From Opitutales bacterium (GTDB lineage Bacteria; Verrucomicrobiota; Verrucomicrobiia; Opitutales; PNEW01): DNA of 32,000 nt. The DNA is taken from contig CBDCNV010000001.1 of the NCBI GenBank assembly GCA_965219535.1, positions 1,890,001-1,922,000 on the forward strand, given 5' to 3'. A model generated the notes under the pieces. That model was given only the letters and a program-made list of their open reading frames with translations. It made no database searches and was not told the origin of the DNA. The translations under genes and the position numbers were made by a program. Position 1 is the stretch's first letter. Every line of letters starts with the position of its first letter. This document shows, in pieces, positions 17,077 through 27,041 of the stretch.

Positions 17077-17940
17077 CTACTCATAAGCGAGTAGCTCTTG
17101 GTCTAGACGCTCTTTAAGAAGAGTAATTAAATTCTCATCGGCTCCCACTAATTCTGTGAGGTGAGTTCTCAATTTAGATTCTCGTCTTTCAGCCTCAAGA
17201 CATATTTGTGTGATGTCACCTTCGATACCGGCGTGATGACCGGGTGACAAAAACAGTAATGAAATAATTACATCACCGTGATTGAAATTCTCTTCACTTA
17301 GCTGATGCAATAATAGAGGATCATTAAACGAGTATTCTTTCCCCTCTCTCCTCTCCATTGATGCTTCTGCCAATATTCTAATTTTACCTTTCAATAAACT
17401 CTCTAATTGTCGGGTAAGAAAAGTGCGTACTTCATTCACCTTAATCTCTGGGGTTCCATGGTCGACAAGAATTACGGCAGGATAATTTAAATTCTTATTT
17501 ATTATGACCCGGTTAATTCCACTTATCAAAATTTTGGCCATCGAATAATTTTCATCATCATCGGTCCGCACTAAGCATGGAGCGATACGCACATTTAACC
17601 GAGGATGAGTTTTTTTTAATTGGGTAATACGTTCAGGTAAATAGCAGGTCAATGCTCTGCTTGGACCGAAAAAAAGTGGAATTACTAAAACATTATATCT
17701 GCCTTTCGATGCCAAAGTATTAATTGTTGGTTCAAATATTTCTGCAGAGTGACCATGAAGTTCAACCCTATCGATTTCATTTGAATATAATAATGATATA
17801 GGTCTGATTACCCTCCGCGTAAATTTCGACAATTTTTCAGCAATGATCCTTAAATTCAAGGTCGCTTCCGCATTGAGTGAACCATTATCCATCAACAAGC
17901 AAACGGGCTCATCAGTGGTCGGATGTAAGTCACCTGTCAT
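17077..17940 (-). CDS. CbiX/SirB-like (sirohydrochlorin chelatase fold) two-domain protein
   Basis: 287-aa ORF with two tandem CbiX-like halves. First half: LLMDNGS ... PLFFGPSRAL. Second half: ILVDHGTP ... LFLSPGHHAG. Assignment is from motif resemblance only. Confidence 0.5.
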   Translation of the reverse strand: MTGDLHPTTDEPVCLLMDNGSLNAEATLNLRIIAEKLSKFTRRVIRPISLLYSNEIDRVELHGHSAEIFEPTINTLASKGRYNVLVIPLFFGPSRALTCYLPERITQLKKTHPRLNVRIAPCLVRTDDDENYSMAKILISGINRVIINKNLNYPAVILVDHGTPEIKVNEVRTFLTRQLESLLKGKIRILAEASMERREGKEYSFNDPLLLHQLSEENFNHGDVIISLLFLSPGHHAGIEGDITQICLEAERRESKLRTHLTELVGADENLITLLKERLDQELLAYE

Positions 17941-18002
17941 CTATCTCAAGATCCTCTATTATAAATAGCTTGCACCTTAAAAGGTTTGATGTAATAGAAT
18001 AA

Positions 18003-18572
18003 ATGCAATTATATTATTATACCATGATCAGGTTTTGCATAATTACAATCATCGTTAATTTTTGCTTAATATTTTCCGTCGGCTGCAAGCAGTCAACAGC
18101 ACCCAATCCAGATGATACTAAATTGGGTGGGTCTTCGAGCAGTAGACCAGATTGGGTAAGCGCGACTGATATTTACGGGGCTGGCGCGGCAGGTTTACAA
18201 ATGCGCGATGACGGAATGCAAGGCAACTATGTTGAAGGTATTTTACCGTCGATACTTTTTGATTTTGACCAGACTTTTATTCGACCGGATGAACGCTATA
18301 AGCTTGATGAGGCAGCGGAATATCTCAGGTCTAATCCGGGAAATCGCCTACTCATAGAAGGTCACTGCGATTGGCGTGGTACCGCTGAATATAATCTATC
18401 TCTTGGGGATCGCCGCGCGAATAGTGTACAAGAGTATTTATCTAATCTCGGTATTAGCCCGAGCAGAATTGAAACTGTTTCGATGGGTGATCTTGAAGCC
18501 GTTACGGAAGGTTCTGAATCTCAAATGCAAGAAGACCGGCGTTCCGATTTTATCGTGATTGAACCTCTATAA
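18003..18572 (+). CDS. pal: Peptidoglycan-associated lipoprotein (OmpA-like domain)
   Basis: 189-aa ORF. Signal peptide with lipobox FSVGC, and a C-terminal OmpA/Pal domain (FDFDQTFIRPD, NLSLGDRRANSV, RRSDF). The true start may be the internal Met at 18024. Confidence 0.85.
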   Translation: MQLYYYTMIRFCIITIIVNFCLIFSVGCKQSTAPNPDDTKLGGSSSSRPDWVSATDIYGAGAAGLQMRDDGMQGNYVEGILPSILFDFDQTFIRPDERYKLDEAAEYLRSNPGNRLLIEGHCDWRGTAEYNLSLGDRRANSVQEYLSNLGISPSRIETVSMGDLEAVTEGSESQMQEDRRSDFIVIEPL

Positions 18573-18683
18573 CTAAAAGCTTCATTCTTATTGCCGAGAA
18601 AGAGGATTACACCCACATGCCTCATCGTCCCTTTAAAATATTATAGGGGATTGCTAATTAAGAAGACCTAAAGAGGGATGCTT

Positions 18684-19469
18684 TTATTTTTTGTTTTGTT
18701 TACTGCGCGCTATTTTAATAAGCTGAATAAATGATTTGGCTTCTAATGAAGCGCCACCAATTAAACCACCATCAATATCTTTTTGCTCGAGTAAATCTGA
18801 AGCATTACCCGGGTTCATAGAGCCGCCATAAAGAATTCTAATTTTGCTGGCGATCGTTTCACCAAACAGGGTAATAAGTATTTTTCGTAATTCGCCATGC
18901 ACTTCCTGGGCCATTTCCGGGGTTGCTGTTTTACCGCTACCTATGGCCCATACTGGTTCGTAAGCTATTATTAATGAAGAACCTCTATCAATACTGACCC
19001 CTTTGAGTGCCTCTTCGATCTGCTCTTTTACAATCGGTAAAGTCTTCCCTTCTTCACGCTCGCTTAAAGACTCACCAACACAGACGATTGGTTTCAGATT
19101 GTTGGCTAATGCAGCGTGGACCTTTTCATTGATACAATCATTGCTTTCATTAAATAGAGTTCTTCTCTCACTATGACCGAGAATAACATAATTACAAAAA
19201 AGGCTGCGCAGCATCTCAGCAGAAATTTCTCCCGTGAAAGCTCCTTCTGGTGCGGGATGCATATTTTGTGCACCAAGTTCTAAATTAGAGTTTTCAAGAA
19301 CTCGAGCGACGCTATCCAATGCGGTAAAAGGAGGACAGAGCACGACAGTTAAATCTGTATCTTCTCCGGCCGAACTTTTAATTTCTAGTGCTAATTCACT
19401 GGCTTCCACTGGAGTCTTATTCATTTTCCAGTTACCAGCTATGCAATATCTTCTTAATTCACTTTCCAT
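18684..19469 (-). CDS. tpiA: Triose-phosphate isomerase
   Basis: 261-aa ORF. Motifs AGNWKMN, GHSERR and AYEPVWAIGSGKTA. Confidence 0.95.
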   Translation of the reverse strand: MESELRRYCIAGNWKMNKTPVEASELALEIKSSAGEDTDLTVVLCPPFTALDSVARVLENSNLELGAQNMHPAPEGAFTGEISAEMLRSLFCNYVILGHSERRTLFNESNDCINEKVHAALANNLKPIVCVGESLSEREEGKTLPIVKEQIEEALKGVSIDRGSSLIIAYEPVWAIGSGKTATPEMAQEVHGELRKILITLFGETIASKIRILYGGSMNPGNASDLLEQKDIDGGLIGGASLEAKSFIQLIKIARSKQNKK

Positions 19470-19514
19470 AATTTGTAATTAAATTATTGATGATTGAAAT
19501 TTCAGTACTTCTGA

Positions 19515-20720
19515 CTACTGATTTCTATCGAGTACTGATAGACCAGGCATTACTTTTCCTTCAAGAAATTCAAGCGTAGCGCCCCCACCCGTGCTGATAA
19601 ATGATACTTCATCAGCATATCCACTTTGATTGATTGCTTTTGCTGAATCTCCACCTCCGATTATAGAAGTTGCATTCTTATTCAGCGATATTGCCTTAGC
19701 GATTGCAAACGTGCCTTTATTGCAGGTATCAATTTCAAAGATTCCCACCGGTCCGTTCCAAAGGATAGTGCTCGCATTGGCAATTTCAGTGCTAAAAAGA
19801 TTAACACTTTGAGGGCCTATATCTACCCCTTCCCACCCATCGGGTATATCCTCCAATACAGTATCAATTTCCCCTACTTCCTTTTCTTCAAAATTCAAAG
19901 TGTCAGTAACGATATTATCAATGGGTAGAAGAAATTTAATACCTTCTTTACTCGCTTTTTCCATTATAATCTGAGCGATTTCGATTTTATCAGATTCCCA
20001 AGGGCTATCACCTATATTTTTTCCAATCGCTCGTTTAAAGGTATATGCCATCGCGCCGCCAATTAAAATTGTATCTGCTTTTTGGAGGAATGAATTAATA
20101 ACTTTTATTTTATCACTCACTTTAGCTCCTCCCAATATAACTACGTAGGGTTTTTTGGGATTTCTCGTTTTTTCTCCTAGGTAATGAATCTCTTTTTTTA
20201 AAAGATATCCCGCAACCTTTACTGGCATTAAACTGGGGACTTCACTTATTGAAGCGTGAGCGCGGTGAGATGCACCAAATGCATCATTAACATAAATGTC
20301 ACCGAGTTCAGCCAATTCTCTACTAAAATCCGTATCATTTTGTTCTTCACCTGGGTGAAATCGTAGATTCTCTAAGAGAATTATTGAACCCGCTTTCATG
20401 AGTTGAACGGCTTCTTTAACCCCATCTCCAGTACATTCGTTAATAAAAATTACTGGTCGCCCAATTTTTGCCGCGAGATCGGCAGCTATGGGTTTAAGGC
20501 TTAATTTTGAATTTCTCTTCCCTTTTGGGCGCCCTAAATGGCTGCAAAGAATAAGCCGGCATTCATGTTTTAATAAATACTTAATAGTCGGCAAGGCAGC
20601 GTTAATTCGCGTGTCATCGGTAATCTTCTGATCACCATCCAAGGTTACATTAAAGTCTACGCGCATTAAGATGCGTTTTTCAAATAATTCAATATCCTCA
20701 ATTGTTTTTATTTTTTCCAT
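19515..20720 (-). CDS. pgk: Phosphoglycerate kinase
   Basis: 401-aa ORF. Motifs RVDFNV, SHLGRPKG, GGAKVSDKI and STGGGATLEFLEG. Confidence 0.96.
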   Translation of the reverse strand: MEKIKTIEDIELFEKRILMRVDFNVTLDGDQKITDDTRINAALPTIKYLLKHECRLILCSHLGRPKGKRNSKLSLKPIAADLAAKIGRPVIFINECTGDGVKEAVQLMKAGSIILLENLRFHPGEEQNDTDFSRELAELGDIYVNDAFGASHRAHASISEVPSLMPVKVAGYLLKKEIHYLGEKTRNPKKPYVVILGGAKVSDKIKVINSFLQKADTILIGGAMAYTFKRAIGKNIGDSPWESDKIEIAQIIMEKASKEGIKFLLPIDNIVTDTLNFEEKEVGEIDTVLEDIPDGWEGVDIGPQSVNLFSTEIANASTILWNGPVGIFEIDTCNKGTFAIAKAISLNKNATSIIGGGDSAKAINQSGYADEVSFISTGGGATLEFLEGKVMPGLSVLDRNQ

Positions 20721-20794
20721 AGAATAGGTTCATCATAAATGCAAAAAAAACGTATAATTATAATAAAGTCAGGATATATATCCCCTACTGATTA

Positions 20795-20824
20795 ATCATA
20801 AACAATCACCCAGAAGAACCTGGG
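20795..20824 (-). terminator. Weak terminator/attenuator-like hairpin between gap and pgk
   Basis: On the minus strand, CCCAG-gttctt-CTGGG (20809-20824) is followed by the T-rich TGATTGTTTATGATT, about 50 nt after the gap stop. The stem is only 5 bp. Confidence 0.3.
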
Positions 20825-20875
20825 CTATTTAAATGAGAGTAGAATTATAGCCTAAAATTTATGGACAATTACTTG

Positions 20876-21919
20876 TTATAATAATCCGGCGACCTTTTCG
20901 ATCAATTCAGCACAGCGACAACTGTATCCCCATTCATTATCATACCAGCCCACTAATTTAAAAAATCGACTATTGAGTTCGATTCCCGACCCCGCATCAA
21001 AAATAGACGATGCTGGGTCATGTATAAAATCTGTAGAGACTACTTCTTCTTCTGTATATACTAGAATACCCTTTAATGCTCCATCTGCGGCGGCTTTCAT
21101 CTTATCACATATCTCTTGATATGAGGTATCCTTTTCAGTTTTTACTGTTAGGTCGATAACAGACACGGTCGGAGTCGGAACGCGAAAGGACATTCCAGTT
21201 AATTTTCCCTTTACTTCAGGAAGCACCAGTCCTACCGCGTTGGCGGCACCTGTCGATGCGGGGATAATGTTGATTGCACCGGCACGGCCCCCTTTCCAGT
21301 CTTTACGTGAAGGGCCATCGTTAGTCATCTGAGTGGCAGTGTAACTGTGCACGGTTGTCATTAAACCCTCTTCAATGCCAAAATTATCTAGAAGCACTTT
21401 TGTTATTGGTGCCAGACAGTTAGTAGTGCAGGAAGCGTTTGATATAATGTTGTCTTCGCTGGAAAGTGTTTCATCGTTTACACCAATCACCACTGTCTTC
21501 ACTTCACCTTTTGCTGGCGCAGAAATGATTACTTTTTTTGCCCCTGCATCGATGTGCCCTTGCGCTTGAGAATCCTGAGTGAAAAGACCTGTGCATTCTA
21601 ATACTATATCAACACCCAATTCTTTCCAAGGCATCGCAGCCGGTCCCTCTCTTACAGCGAGGCAATTAATTTTGTAACCATTAACTACTAGAGTATCATC
21701 CTCTGTTGCGGAAGAAGAAGATTTTTCACTGCTTACCTCACCACTGAATCGGCCTTGGACCGAATCGTACTTCAGTAAGTATGCAAGGTTATCCGCAGGA
21801 ACAAGATCATTCACGGCAACAATCTCGAGCTTATCATCCAGTAAATTTTTCTCGATCAATGCACGGAATACTAATCTTCCAATTCGACCAAATCCATTTA
21901 TCGCAATTTTAACAGCCAT
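20876..21919 (-). CDS. gap: Glyceraldehyde-3-phosphate dehydrogenase (type I)
   Basis: 347-aa ORF. Motifs INGFGRIGR, active-site [12 protein letters not shown] and WYDNEWGYS. Confidence 0.96.
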   Translation of the reverse strand: MAVKIAINGFGRIGRLVFRALIEKNLLDDKLEIVAVNDLVPADNLAYLLKYDSVQGRFSGEVSSEKSSSSATEDDTLVVNGYKINCLAVREGPAAMPWKELGVDIVLECTGLFTQDSQAQGHIDAGAKKVIISAPAKGEVKTVVIGVNDETLSSEDNIISNASCTTNCLAPITKVLLDNFGIEEGLMTTVHSYTATQMTNDGPSRKDWKGGRAGAINIIPASTGAANAVGLVLPEVKGKLTGMSFRVPTPTVSVIDLTVKTEKDTSYQEICDKMKAAADGALKGILVYTEEEVVSTDFIHDPASSIFDAGSGIELNSRFFKLVGWYDNEWGYSCRCAELIEKVAGLL

Positions 21920-22102
21920 CGTATCTGAAATTATCTTCTCAATTCGAATAGTACTTAAACTTTTAATAAAAAGGAACGGTCAGAAAAACTAACTCCGATA
22001 AACTTGGCAAGTGTCATTTACTTTTTGCTGCGATTTAATCCCGTCAGGATAAAAGTCAGCTAACCGTCAATATTAGTTTTTCTTACATTTAGAATTGTTA
22101 AA

Positions 22103-24547
22103 TCAAAGAGATTCAATCCATAGACCGCAGCTTAATGGCGGCAAATAGATTTTGCCCTCTTCAGTGTTAATTAGTTCGTCTAGCAACCCATCTACTTCAA
22201 AACGCTTGGCATCTGCTATTTGTAGAAATCTGGATAAATCTAGATCCTCGACGCTAATCTCAATACTCTGAAAAAGAGGATTGATTGCAAAAAGTATTCT
22301 TTCGACGTCATAACTGAAATCGGCATTGTAGAGAGTCACGACAGAGGAATTTTTCGCGTTGAAATAAAATTTAAAAAAATCTTTAGATGGCGGGTCTGCC
22401 AGGCGGAAAACGCTGCCCTTATCACTTAGCCGGAAATTTATCCAAACTCTGAAATATTCATGCGTTGATAGATTCTTTACAGCGTTTTCATAGTCGATAG
22501 CATTAATATCTTCCTCTTGATAGGTGTTCCTATGTCCTTTTTTCGAGCGTAGCATATCCTGACCGGCTGCAATCATTGGAATCCCCAATGAACACATAAG
22601 AATGGCAATCATTAAGTGTGTCCGCTTTTTATCATTAATCGTAGGTTCGGATCCGTCGTTGTTCGGGTTTTCTGTAATACGATCGATCCAACAATAATCA
22701 TCATGTGATTCGAGATAGTTTACGGATTGAGCTGGCCAGCGGGCATGGTAAGCAAGGGAGCCTGAGAGGTAATAGCGAATCCCTTTTTGGTTTCCTAGAC
22801 CACGAATATAATTCGTAATAAAATCCCGATAGCCGTCATTCCAAAAGGCGAATCCAGTATGTTTTAGCGCATGGGCAATATGCCCACGATAACTCCAAGG
22901 TTCAGCGATTAGAATGATTGACGGTTTTACATTCTTTAAAGCGAGTTCGATTGCTTTAAGTGCTTTTAATCCTATTATTTCTGCGAGATCGAATCGAAAG
23001 CCGTCGACGTCATATACATTTATCAAATGCGACAGGCTATCGATTATTAATTTCATCGTCATGGGTGTATTACACCGCAATGTGTTTCCAGTGCCACTCC
23101 AGTTAGTATATTCACCCTGACGGTCGAGTTCAAAATAGTACTGTTTATCAATATATTTAAGATGATTGGGTTCACCTGTATGATTCACCACGACGTCAAT
23201 TATAACAGCCAGTCCCTGTCGATGGAATTCCTCAATTAAAAGCTGAAATTCCTGAATTTGTGACCCCATAGTTGGATCACTTGCATAACTGCTTTCAGGT
23301 GAGAAAAAATTAACGGGCATATATCCCCAGTGGTATTCTGTCGGGTGATAATTGTCGAATTCAAGGATCGGTTGTAATTCTACTGCGTTGACGCCCAGTT
23401 TTTTAAAATAATTATTATCCTCCTGAAGCCATTTTCGAAGACCATTAAATCCTAGACGTTCTTTTGTCTCCAGCTCTAGAGGTGCTTTTTTCATAAGATC
23501 GCGTAGATGCGCCTCAACAATTACGAGATCGTGCCAATGAGGGGGTATGAATGGTGAATGGGGTCTTTTAATTAAATCTTTATCCCAAATTATAGCTGGA
23601 CCTGTCGATCCCACGGTTGCAATGGCATAGGGATCCATTACTTTAAATGAGGAATTAAAATGTGTATGTGGCGTTTCATTATTACCGACAACATGGTAAT
23701 AATAGTAGAAACGATGTAGGTTAGAATCGATTTTCGTTTCCCAAACCCGATCATCTACACATTTCATGATCAACGTTTGACGATCGGATTTATCTGGTTG
23801 GCGATAGAAAGTTACCGTAACTTGCTTAGCTTGCGGTGCAAATATTCTGAAAGTTGTTTCCTCGCTATCTACGTTGGCTCCAAGTTGTAGTTCAGATTCC
23901 AATTCTAAATAATAATGGCCCTTTATAATAGGTGCGATCTCCTCATTGTTATCTTCCAGCCATAGTATTTGGATTTTATCGTCTACATTAGTCTCTTCCG
24001 CAAAAGAAAATTTAAATAAATGACGACCTGTTCGTCGTGGGTTAATCTCATAATTCAATGACTTATTTTCCATCAACACGGCATTTGTAGCATCTGCGGG
24101 TACATCAACCCATTGCCGATCATGAGTGACGAATTTGAACCTAACTGGCTTGTCGCCAATTATTTTATCGCTGCGAACATTTAGTGTATAGACGATCTTA
24201 TCATCCGTTAAAACAGGGGCCAACTGCCATTGTTTTTGTCCAATGGCTTCTGACCACCCATTAAAGTCACCAACCACATATAAGGGTAGATTATCAAAAT
24301 CTAAATTCAGATAAAGCTCCGGATGAACGATAAATGTTGTCCCTTGCTTATCTTTAAAAAAGGCGCTTAAGAAAGCATATTCATTTGGTGAAGCCGGTTG
24401 TAAATCCAGGAGTGGTGATCGAGACGGATATGAAAAAAGAGGCGGCAAATTTTGAGAATGCCAGTCATCGGACAATTCAATTAAACCAGATTGAAATGAA
24501 TTTTTATAAGCGGATATAATTTTTCTTTCCACAATATCCTCTAGCAT
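22103..24547 (-). CDS. GH13 alpha-amylase-family debranching enzyme (pullulanase / glycogen-debranching type)
   Basis: 814-aa ORF. GH13 conserved regions VIIDVVVNHTG (I), DGFRFDLAEI (II), LIAEPWS (III) and NYLESHDD (IV). A CBM48-like segment TTFRIFAPQAKQVTVTFY sits upstream, and VVGDFNGWSE is near the N-terminus. No signal peptide. Confidence 0.85.
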   Translation of the reverse strand: MLEDIVERKIISAYKNSFQSGLIELSDDWHSQNLPPLFSYPSRSPLLDLQPASPNEYAFLSAFFKDKQGTTFIVHPELYLNLDFDNLPLYVVGDFNGWSEAIGQKQWQLAPVLTDDKIVYTLNVRSDKIIGDKPVRFKFVTHDRQWVDVPADATNAVLMENKSLNYEINPRRTGRHLFKFSFAEETNVDDKIQILWLEDNNEEIAPIIKGHYYLELESELQLGANVDSEETTFRIFAPQAKQVTVTFYRQPDKSDRQTLIMKCVDDRVWETKIDSNLHRFYYYYHVVGNNETPHTHFNSSFKVMDPYAIATVGSTGPAIIWDKDLIKRPHSPFIPPHWHDLVIVEAHLRDLMKKAPLELETKERLGFNGLRKWLQEDNNYFKKLGVNAVELQPILEFDNYHPTEYHWGYMPVNFFSPESSYASDPTMGSQIQEFQLLIEEFHRQGLAVIIDVVVNHTGEPNHLKYIDKQYYFELDRQGEYTNWSGTGNTLRCNTPMTMKLIIDSLSHLINVYDVDGFRFDLAEIIGLKALKAIELALKNVKPSIILIAEPWSYRGHIAHALKHTGFAFWNDGYRDFITNYIRGLGNQKGIRYYLSGSLAYHARWPAQSVNYLESHDDYCWIDRITENPNNDGSEPTINDKKRTHLMIAILMCSLGIPMIAAGQDMLRSKKGHRNTYQEEDINAIDYENAVKNLSTHEYFRVWINFRLSDKGSVFRLADPPSKDFFKFYFNAKNSSVVTLYNADFSYDVERILFAINPLFQSIEISVEDLDLSRFLQIADAKRFEVDGLLDELINTEEGKIYLPPLSCGLWIESL

Positions 24548-24652
24548 TTATAGGAATGTTGCATCGTCCAATATCTTAATCACCTATCACTTAATAGTTC
24601 TTGATTTTACGTGAATCAAATTATTGATTAAACCAAACTAAGCCCCTTCTTC

Positions 24653-25723
24653 ATGGAAAATATACTTGTTGCAATGTCAGGTGGTGTCGATAGCAGCGTG
24701 GCCGCTTTATTGTTAAAGCGCAATGGCTACAAGGTTTCTGGCGCTTACATGAAAAACTGGATAAATGAAGAAAATATATCAGGTCACTGTCCCTGGCAGC
24801 AAGACATAGAAGACGCGCGGGCAGTTGCAGATCAAATAGGAATCGAATTTCGCGTAGTTAATTTTATGAAAGAATATAGAATGCGTGTCGTAAATTACCT
24901 CGTCGAAGGCTATCGAAGCGGTTCCACGCCAAATCCGGATGTGATGTGTAACCGCGAAATGAAATTTGGTTTATTTATGAACTACGCGAAAGATAATGGG
25001 TTTTCTGCAATTGGAACGGGACATTATTGTCGTGCGGTAAAAAACACGCATGGCAAATATGACCTATTGGAAGGTGCCGATAAAAATAAAGATCAATCAT
25101 ATTTCCTCGCGATGCTTAATCAAGATCAACTTAGAAATGCACGTTTTCCAATCGGGCATTTAAGAAAAGCGGAAGTGCGGAAAATTGCGAAAAATGAAAA
25201 TTTACCCAACGCTAATAAAAAGGATAGTCAGGGAATATGTTTTATCGGGAAAATAGAAATCAATGATTTTTTAGAAAACCATATACCAGATAATCCAGGT
25301 GATATAGTTAATCCTGAACGAAAAATACTAGGACAACACCTGGGTTTACACCGTTACACTCTAGGTCAACGTAAGGGTATTGGTGTGCCATCGAATACAG
25401 ATCACAAGAATTATGTGGTAGTAGGTAAAGACCTGGAAAATAACCATCTGCTTGTAGCATTTGATGAACCTGAAATTGTAGGACTTTTTTCCAAAAAAAA
25501 AGACCTGCATAGCCTAAGCTTTACCAATGGGCCTCTCGATACTGAAGTGGCATGTCTCGCGAAGCCACGCTATCGCGATCCCTCTCAAGATATTATATTT
25601 AAACCTAAAGGTAATAATGAGGCTCAAGTCGTATTCAATCAACCACAACGTGCTTTAGCAAAGGGCCAGGTCATAGCCCTGTACGATAGTGAAAAACTTC
25701 TGGGTGGTGGAATTTATCGCTAA
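24653..25723 (+). CDS. mnmA: tRNA 2-thiouridine(34) synthase
   Basis: 356-aa ORF. PP-loop [25 protein letters not shown] and KDQSYFL motifs. Confidence 0.95.
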   Translation: MENILVAMSGGVDSSVAALLLKRNGYKVSGAYMKNWINEENISGHCPWQQDIEDARAVADQIGIEFRVVNFMKEYRMRVVNYLVEGYRSGSTPNPDVMCNREMKFGLFMNYAKDNGFSAIGTGHYCRAVKNTHGKYDLLEGADKNKDQSYFLAMLNQDQLRNARFPIGHLRKAEVRKIAKNENLPNANKKDSQGICFIGKIEINDFLENHIPDNPGDIVNPERKILGQHLGLHRYTLGQRKGIGVPSNTDHKNYVVVGKDLENNHLLVAFDEPEIVGLFSKKKDLHSLSFTNGPLDTEVACLAKPRYRDPSQDIIFKPKGNNEAQVVFNQPQRALAKGQVIALYDSEKLLGGGIYR

Positions 25724-25756
25724 TGGAGTGACCCCCAAAAATCGTATCATTTACAG
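25724..25756 (+). repeat. IS left terminal inverted repeat (IRL)
   Basis: TGGAGTGACCCCCAAAAATCGTATCATTTACAG. It aligns with the reverse complement of 27036-27068 at TG, GACC, TCGTA, CA and TTTA blocks. The central A5 block does not invert. It begins on the nucleotide after the mnmA TAA. Confidence 0.5.
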
Positions 25757-25788
25757 AGAGAGGTTATCGGGATAAACAGATAACCTCA

Positions 25789-26082
25789 ATGAAAAGAAAA
25801 AGATACACAACAGAACAGATTATAACAATATTGCGGCAAGCCGATACCGGTAAAACGGTACAGGAAATCTGCCGTGGAAACAACCTGAGCGAACAGACTT
25901 TCTATCGCTGGCGTAAAAAATATGGCAATTTAGAACTTGCCGATGCGAAGCGATTTAAAGAGCTGGAAAAAGAATTCACGAGCGCAAGCGAGAAGGCCTG
26001 ACATACCGAGCTGAAGAAGCTGCTCGCAGATCAAATGCTCAAGAATCAGGTAATGGAGGAAACGCTGTCAAAAAAATGGTGA
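25789..26082 (+). pseudogene. IS3 orfA (HTH transposase N-terminal protein) interrupted by in-frame TGA
   Basis: The frame is continuous from ATG 25789 to TGA 26080-26082 except for a TGA at 25999-26001. HTH region EQIITILRQADTGKTVQEICRGNNLSEQTFYRWRKKYG, then leucine-zipper-like LKKLLADQMLKNQVMEETLSKKW after the stop. Confidence 0.75.
26070..26076 (+). promoter_or_regulatory. Programmed -1 ribosomal frameshift heptamer A_AAA_AAA
   Basis: The A7 run is in the correct phase (tcA AAA AAA tgg tga in the orfA frame). The -1 frame continues directly into orfB (ATG at 26076). Confidence 0.7.
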
Positions 26083-27041
26083 GCCCAAAGCAGAAGAAAC
26101 GAGTAGTAAAAGCTGCGGCTGAGAAAGGGTTGTGCTCGTTGCGGAGGGCTTGTGCTTATCTCAGCCTGAGTTGGTCAACGTTCAGTTACCGGCCCAAACA
26201 GGCCAGTGAGAAAGCTCAGCGGTTGGTCGAGCGGATTGTGAGCTTGTCCTGGAAACATCCCCGCTACGGTTACCGGCGCATCCGTGCCTTGCTGGTAAAG
26301 GAAGGCTGGACAACAAGCAGGAAGTTTGTCCAGGCGGTACGACGTTCAGAAGGGCTGCAGGTAAAGCCCCCGAAAAAGGGCAGACACCGTCAAGGAGTCT
26401 CTACGGGGTCACCTACTAAAGCAAAGGGTCGCAATCACGTTTGGTCCTGGGACTTTGTCCATGATCGTACAGACAACGGCGGTCCATTAAAGATGATGAC
26501 TCTAATCGATGTACCGAGGAGCTGAAAGCGACGACACTCAAGCGAAGCGAAGACATATACGCGTAAATGCCTGGATATCCGGGTCGCTCGTCAACTCACC
26601 TCAACCGATGTCCTCTCTGTGCTTAGCGAGGCCATTGAAGAGGAGGGACCTCCCAGCTATATCCGTAGTGACAACGGCAGTGAGTTCATTGCTCATCAAG
26701 TGCAGCAGTGGTTGTCCGGTAATAACATAAAGGCGATCTATATCGATCCGGGCAGTCCCTGGCAAAACGGTTTCATCGAGTCGTTTCACAACCGCTTACG
26801 CGATGAGTGTTTGAACCGTGAAGTGTTGCTCAGCGTGGCTGAAGCGCAAGTGGTAATCGAACAATGGCGTCAGACCTATAACCATGAACATCCCCACAGT
26901 CGTTTAGGCTTCAAAAGCCCACAAGAGTTTGTCAGATTCCTTTCCGATCTTGGCCGCGTTCGGGCTACGCCCTCACTTCGCCAAGATCTCTCATATACAT
27001 CAATCCTAAAACCATTAACACCCGGTAACTCTCTCACTTAA
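26076..27041 (+). pseudogene. IS3 orfB (DDE/rve integrase-core transposase) interrupted by in-frame TGA
   Basis: A single frame from 26076 to TAA 27039-27041 with one TGA at 26523-26525. DDE context is preserved: HVWSWDFV, YIRSDNGSEF, PWQNGFIESFHNRLRDE. The C-terminal YNHEHPHSRLGFKSP is typical of the IS3 family. Confidence 0.8.

Noticed and set aside
20772-20783. A perfect 12-bp palindrome, GGATATATATCC, about 50 nt upstream of the pgk start.
   Set aside because: It consists mostly of an alternating AT run in an AT-rich spacer. It could be a -10-like or operator element but is equally likely to be chance, and nothing further supports it.
21695-21736. A Ser-rich loop about 8 aa long ([13 protein letters not shown]) in GAPDH, relative to E. 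coli GapA as I remember it.
   Set aside because: It lies in a surface-loop region that is variable among GAPDHs. The catalytic motifs are intact, so this is probably lineage-specific variation of no special significance.
25999-26525. The idea that the two in-frame TGA codons in the IS are recoded (selenocysteine, or a UGA=Trp/Gly genetic code).
   Set aside because: Host genes in the same window terminate at TGA (for example lepA, obg and the 320-aa ORF). orfA itself ends at TGA just past the frameshift site. No convincing SECIS-like stem-loop follows either TGA; there is only a 5-bp CGAGC/GCTCG stem after the first. Pseudogenisation is the simpler reading.
26509-26789. Track ORFs 26509-26730 (+) and 26601-26789 (-) inside the IS.
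   Set aside because: They are out of frame with, or antisense to, the clearly recognisable DDE transposase frame. They are artefacts of the GC-rich IS sequence.
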